From: Caecitellus pseudoparvulus
Lineage: Eukaryota; Protista; Bigyra: Bicosoecida
Assembly (NCBI GenBank): GCA_965644315.1
Contig: CBFFRQ010000020.1
Span: forward strand, 256,534 to 320,533
Length of the DNA stretch: 64,000 bases
Direction: 5' to 3'
Shown: positions 62,801 through 64,000 of the stretch, in pieces
Layout: the number at the start of each line of letters is the position of its first letter
Position numbering within the stretch: the first letter of the stretch is position 1
Program-made: the position numbers and the translations under genes
Notes under the pieces: model-generated
The model's input: only the letters and a program-made list of their open reading frames with translations
Database searches by the model: none
What the model was told of the DNA's origin: nothing

Positions 62801-64000
62801 TATGTCCACCTGAGGTCCCACTCCCTGCAAGCAGTGAAATGCTACCAGCCTCAGAGGTTGCTGCTCCCGTTGACACAAGGATTGCTCCACTTGTTGCCGA
62901 AGAACCCCCCGAAGTCAAGCTGACCGAGCCACTCGAAGCTCCCCCGGCAGTGGCGGGGCCGGTGCTGAGCAGAATACCTCCTGACGCAGACGCATCACTC
63001 GCAGTAAGAACTGAAAGGCTGCCTGATCCGCCTCCGCCACCGGACGGCCCCGTTGAAAGAACAACTCCACCACCTGTTTGCAGGCCGCCCGCGCCAGCAC
63101 CACCTGCTCCTGCAATTAGCGAAATAGAGCCACCGCTTCCAGCCAACGAACCAGCATCTGAGCCATCATCACCCCCGTCTCCAGCTGACAGCAAAATGTG
63201 GCCACCATCAGCATCATCACCTCCAACTCCGGCCACAATGTTTACTTCCCCACCCTTGCCGGCCGAGCTTGCACCCGCAGCAATTTCGACCGTTCCTGCA
63301 TCTCCAGTCCCTGCGCTACCTGATCCAAGCACAAAGTCTCCTGAAGCGCCAGAAGCAGCACCTGAAAGGATCGATACAGATCCTGAAGAGGTTGCAGTTC
63401 CAGTCGAAACCAAAATGCTTCCTGACTGTGTCACCCCGTCGCCGCTTAGAATGCTGACTGAACCCCCAACTGTCCCTCCATCACCCGCAAAGAACTCCAC
63501 ATCTCCGCCAGATGTTGCTCCCGTACCGGCGGAAAGAAGCACTGAGCCTCCTGTGCCTGTCGATGATGTTCCTGCATCAACCACAACTGAACCACTCGAC
63601 AATGAACTGTCACCAGTTCCAACAAACAAACTACCACTATCGCCCGATGTCGACCCGCCCGACGCCAGTGTCACGGCCCCGCTGCTGCCCGACTGTGTCG
63701 TGCCAGTGCTCAGCACCAGCGACCCCGACACACCCGTGCCCACAGCGTTGGCACTGCGCACCACCACTGCACCAGTGCTGGACACCGCACCACTCCCGCT
63801 CACCACACTCACCACACCGCCCACACTGCCACCAGCAGTGCTGGCGCCAGCTGACACGTACAGGTGCCCGCCGTCGCCCTGGTCAGTGCCGCCCACAGTC
63901 ATGGACATGCTGCCGGCGGCCCCCGATGTGGCGGCCCCCGTGGCCATGTGCAGGTACCCGGCGTCGCCCGTGAGCGCGGTGCCAGTGCTCAGCACCATGG
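59886..64000 (-). CDS. Second giant Gly/Ser/Ala-rich repeat protein, C-terminal 1370 aa (5' end beyond window)
   Basis: Uninterrupted ORF of SGxIxLxTG/GGxVxIxAG repeats, ending in a ~120-aa non-repetitive domain. Confidence 0.88.
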   Translation of the reverse strand, partial: MVLSTGTALTGDAGYLHMATGAATSGAAGSMSMTVGGTDQGDGGHLYVSAGASTAGGSVGGVVSVVSGSGAVSSTGAVVVRSANAVGTGVSGSLVLSTGTTQSGSSGAVTLASGGSTSGDSGSLFVGTGDSSLSSGSVVVDAGTSSTGTGGSVLLSAGTGATSGGDVEFFAGDGGTVGGSVSILSGDGVTQSGSILVSTGTATSSGSVSILSGAASGASGDFVLGSGSAGTGDAGTVEIAAGASSAGKGGEVNIVAGVGGDDADGGHILLSAGDGGDDGSDAGSLAGSGGSISLIAGAGGAGAGGLQTGGGVVLSTGPSGGGGGSGSLSVLTASDASASGGILLSTGPATAGGASSGSVSLTSGGSSATSGAILVSTGAATSEAGSISLLAGSGTSGGHIALSSGQAPSGTGGDLSITSGSGVTSGAVSFGSGSGTSSSGAAIVQTGDADVAGNIRVAVGSSDAGSGGHVSISAGDSTGAHAGGSVSLVSGSVADVASATTSGSILLSTAEPSGSLGHGGSSGSISLITGQAASTGDGATSDVLSSGDIVLSTGRGGSTTAGDTGPAGGISLLVGPSGRDSVGGDVSVQGGQATGTGQTGGSIELLAGQGTAGGGSVTIKSGKGLQGSAAAGAFSGGSILLETGTTNDGHSGAMEFLTGGANSGQNSGSILLSTGSGASAGSGTSGGISLLTGANSGGGGNIVLQVGASTTSGVGGAVSIQAGSSPGTGGHLMLASGTSSSGTSGSLSVLTGSSTGGSTGSILISSASPGTSGSSGSISLVSGSASGTAAGQAGGIVLSVAGNSDNSGSVEGNIVVEAGSSASGTGGHVSLTAGSGPQGGQALFTAGAGGTGAGGLVLVASGASSGAASGSVTMASGVGQTGSGSVSVLTGTAGAGATTGRILISSSNAVTAKAGDVTLAVGSSSGSAGGSLEMTAGSTAGGNGADVFISSGDSDSGTGGEITLSAGSSGGAAVGGDVSILSGSSGSATGGAISVLTADSAAGTGSITLSTGASTAGASGGISLISGDASTSVGGLLLSAGQALGAGNTNGGSVSILAGSSSGSAAGGSLLLSGGGSDTGSMGALSIIAGTAAGGAGGSIELSAGDGGTAGAGGSIAIRAGDRGSGSGASDGSVNMFSGGAIESSMLITASGVSISASSALTLTAADDVSVEGSGVEIKSSLGGDVELVSAADLAGAAGNVILSAGVATAGSISLVAGDGQGGANGGNVVISPGAVDGGGGTAGVIKLGANTAEGFHGIVTGGVMVSDWPFPASLASMATTTVSKTFKESGGADYPLPGYAFCSTKDIVFFQPTFMHSTTGEMIAMNARLVDDTLCTIEVELINLGANPTTSHKTPGAMATIMIFQRRDV

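Noticed and set aside
1-64000. Prokaryotic interpretation (PE-PGRS, autotransporter, operons)
   Set aside because: Spliceosomal introns and eukaryote-specific genes (SmB, PLRG1, MCM10, kinesin); no PE domain or beta-barrel terminus.

Overview
GC-rich, very compact eukaryotic DNA from a flagellated protist. Introns are short GT-AG type (mostly 65-170 nt; donors GTGAG/GTGCG, C-rich acceptors). A heterotrophic stramenopile such as a bicosoecid is plausible, but that is inference only. Both window ends lie inside giant minus-strand Gly/Ser/Ala-rich repeat proteins. The left gene (20399 to <1) has a signal peptide, two Cys-rich PSI-like modules, and a G/S/A solenoid-like body of about 6,500 codons whose distal part is a ~5.26-kb intragenic tandem repeat. 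The right gene (>64000 to 59886) shows the C-terminal end with a small globular cap. Between them are about 17 tightly packed genes: ZMYND12/p38-like, an atypical TFIIS-like protein, an INTS1-like gene, CCDC97, a coiled-coil protein, a Yhm2-like mitochondrial carrier, ENKD1, an ACL5-like aminopropyltransferase, PLRG1, a signal-peptide kinase-like protein, a kinesin fused to an alpha/beta-hydrolase and a transglutaminase-like domain, MCM10, COX6A, SmB and several hypotheticals. The 22-38 kb stretch is extremely G/C-homopolymer-rich and full of apparent frameshifts, probably sequencing errors. The most notable items are the kinesin-enzyme fusion and the pair of giant G/S/A fibre-like proteins. 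All calls come from reading motifs by eye; no searches were run.
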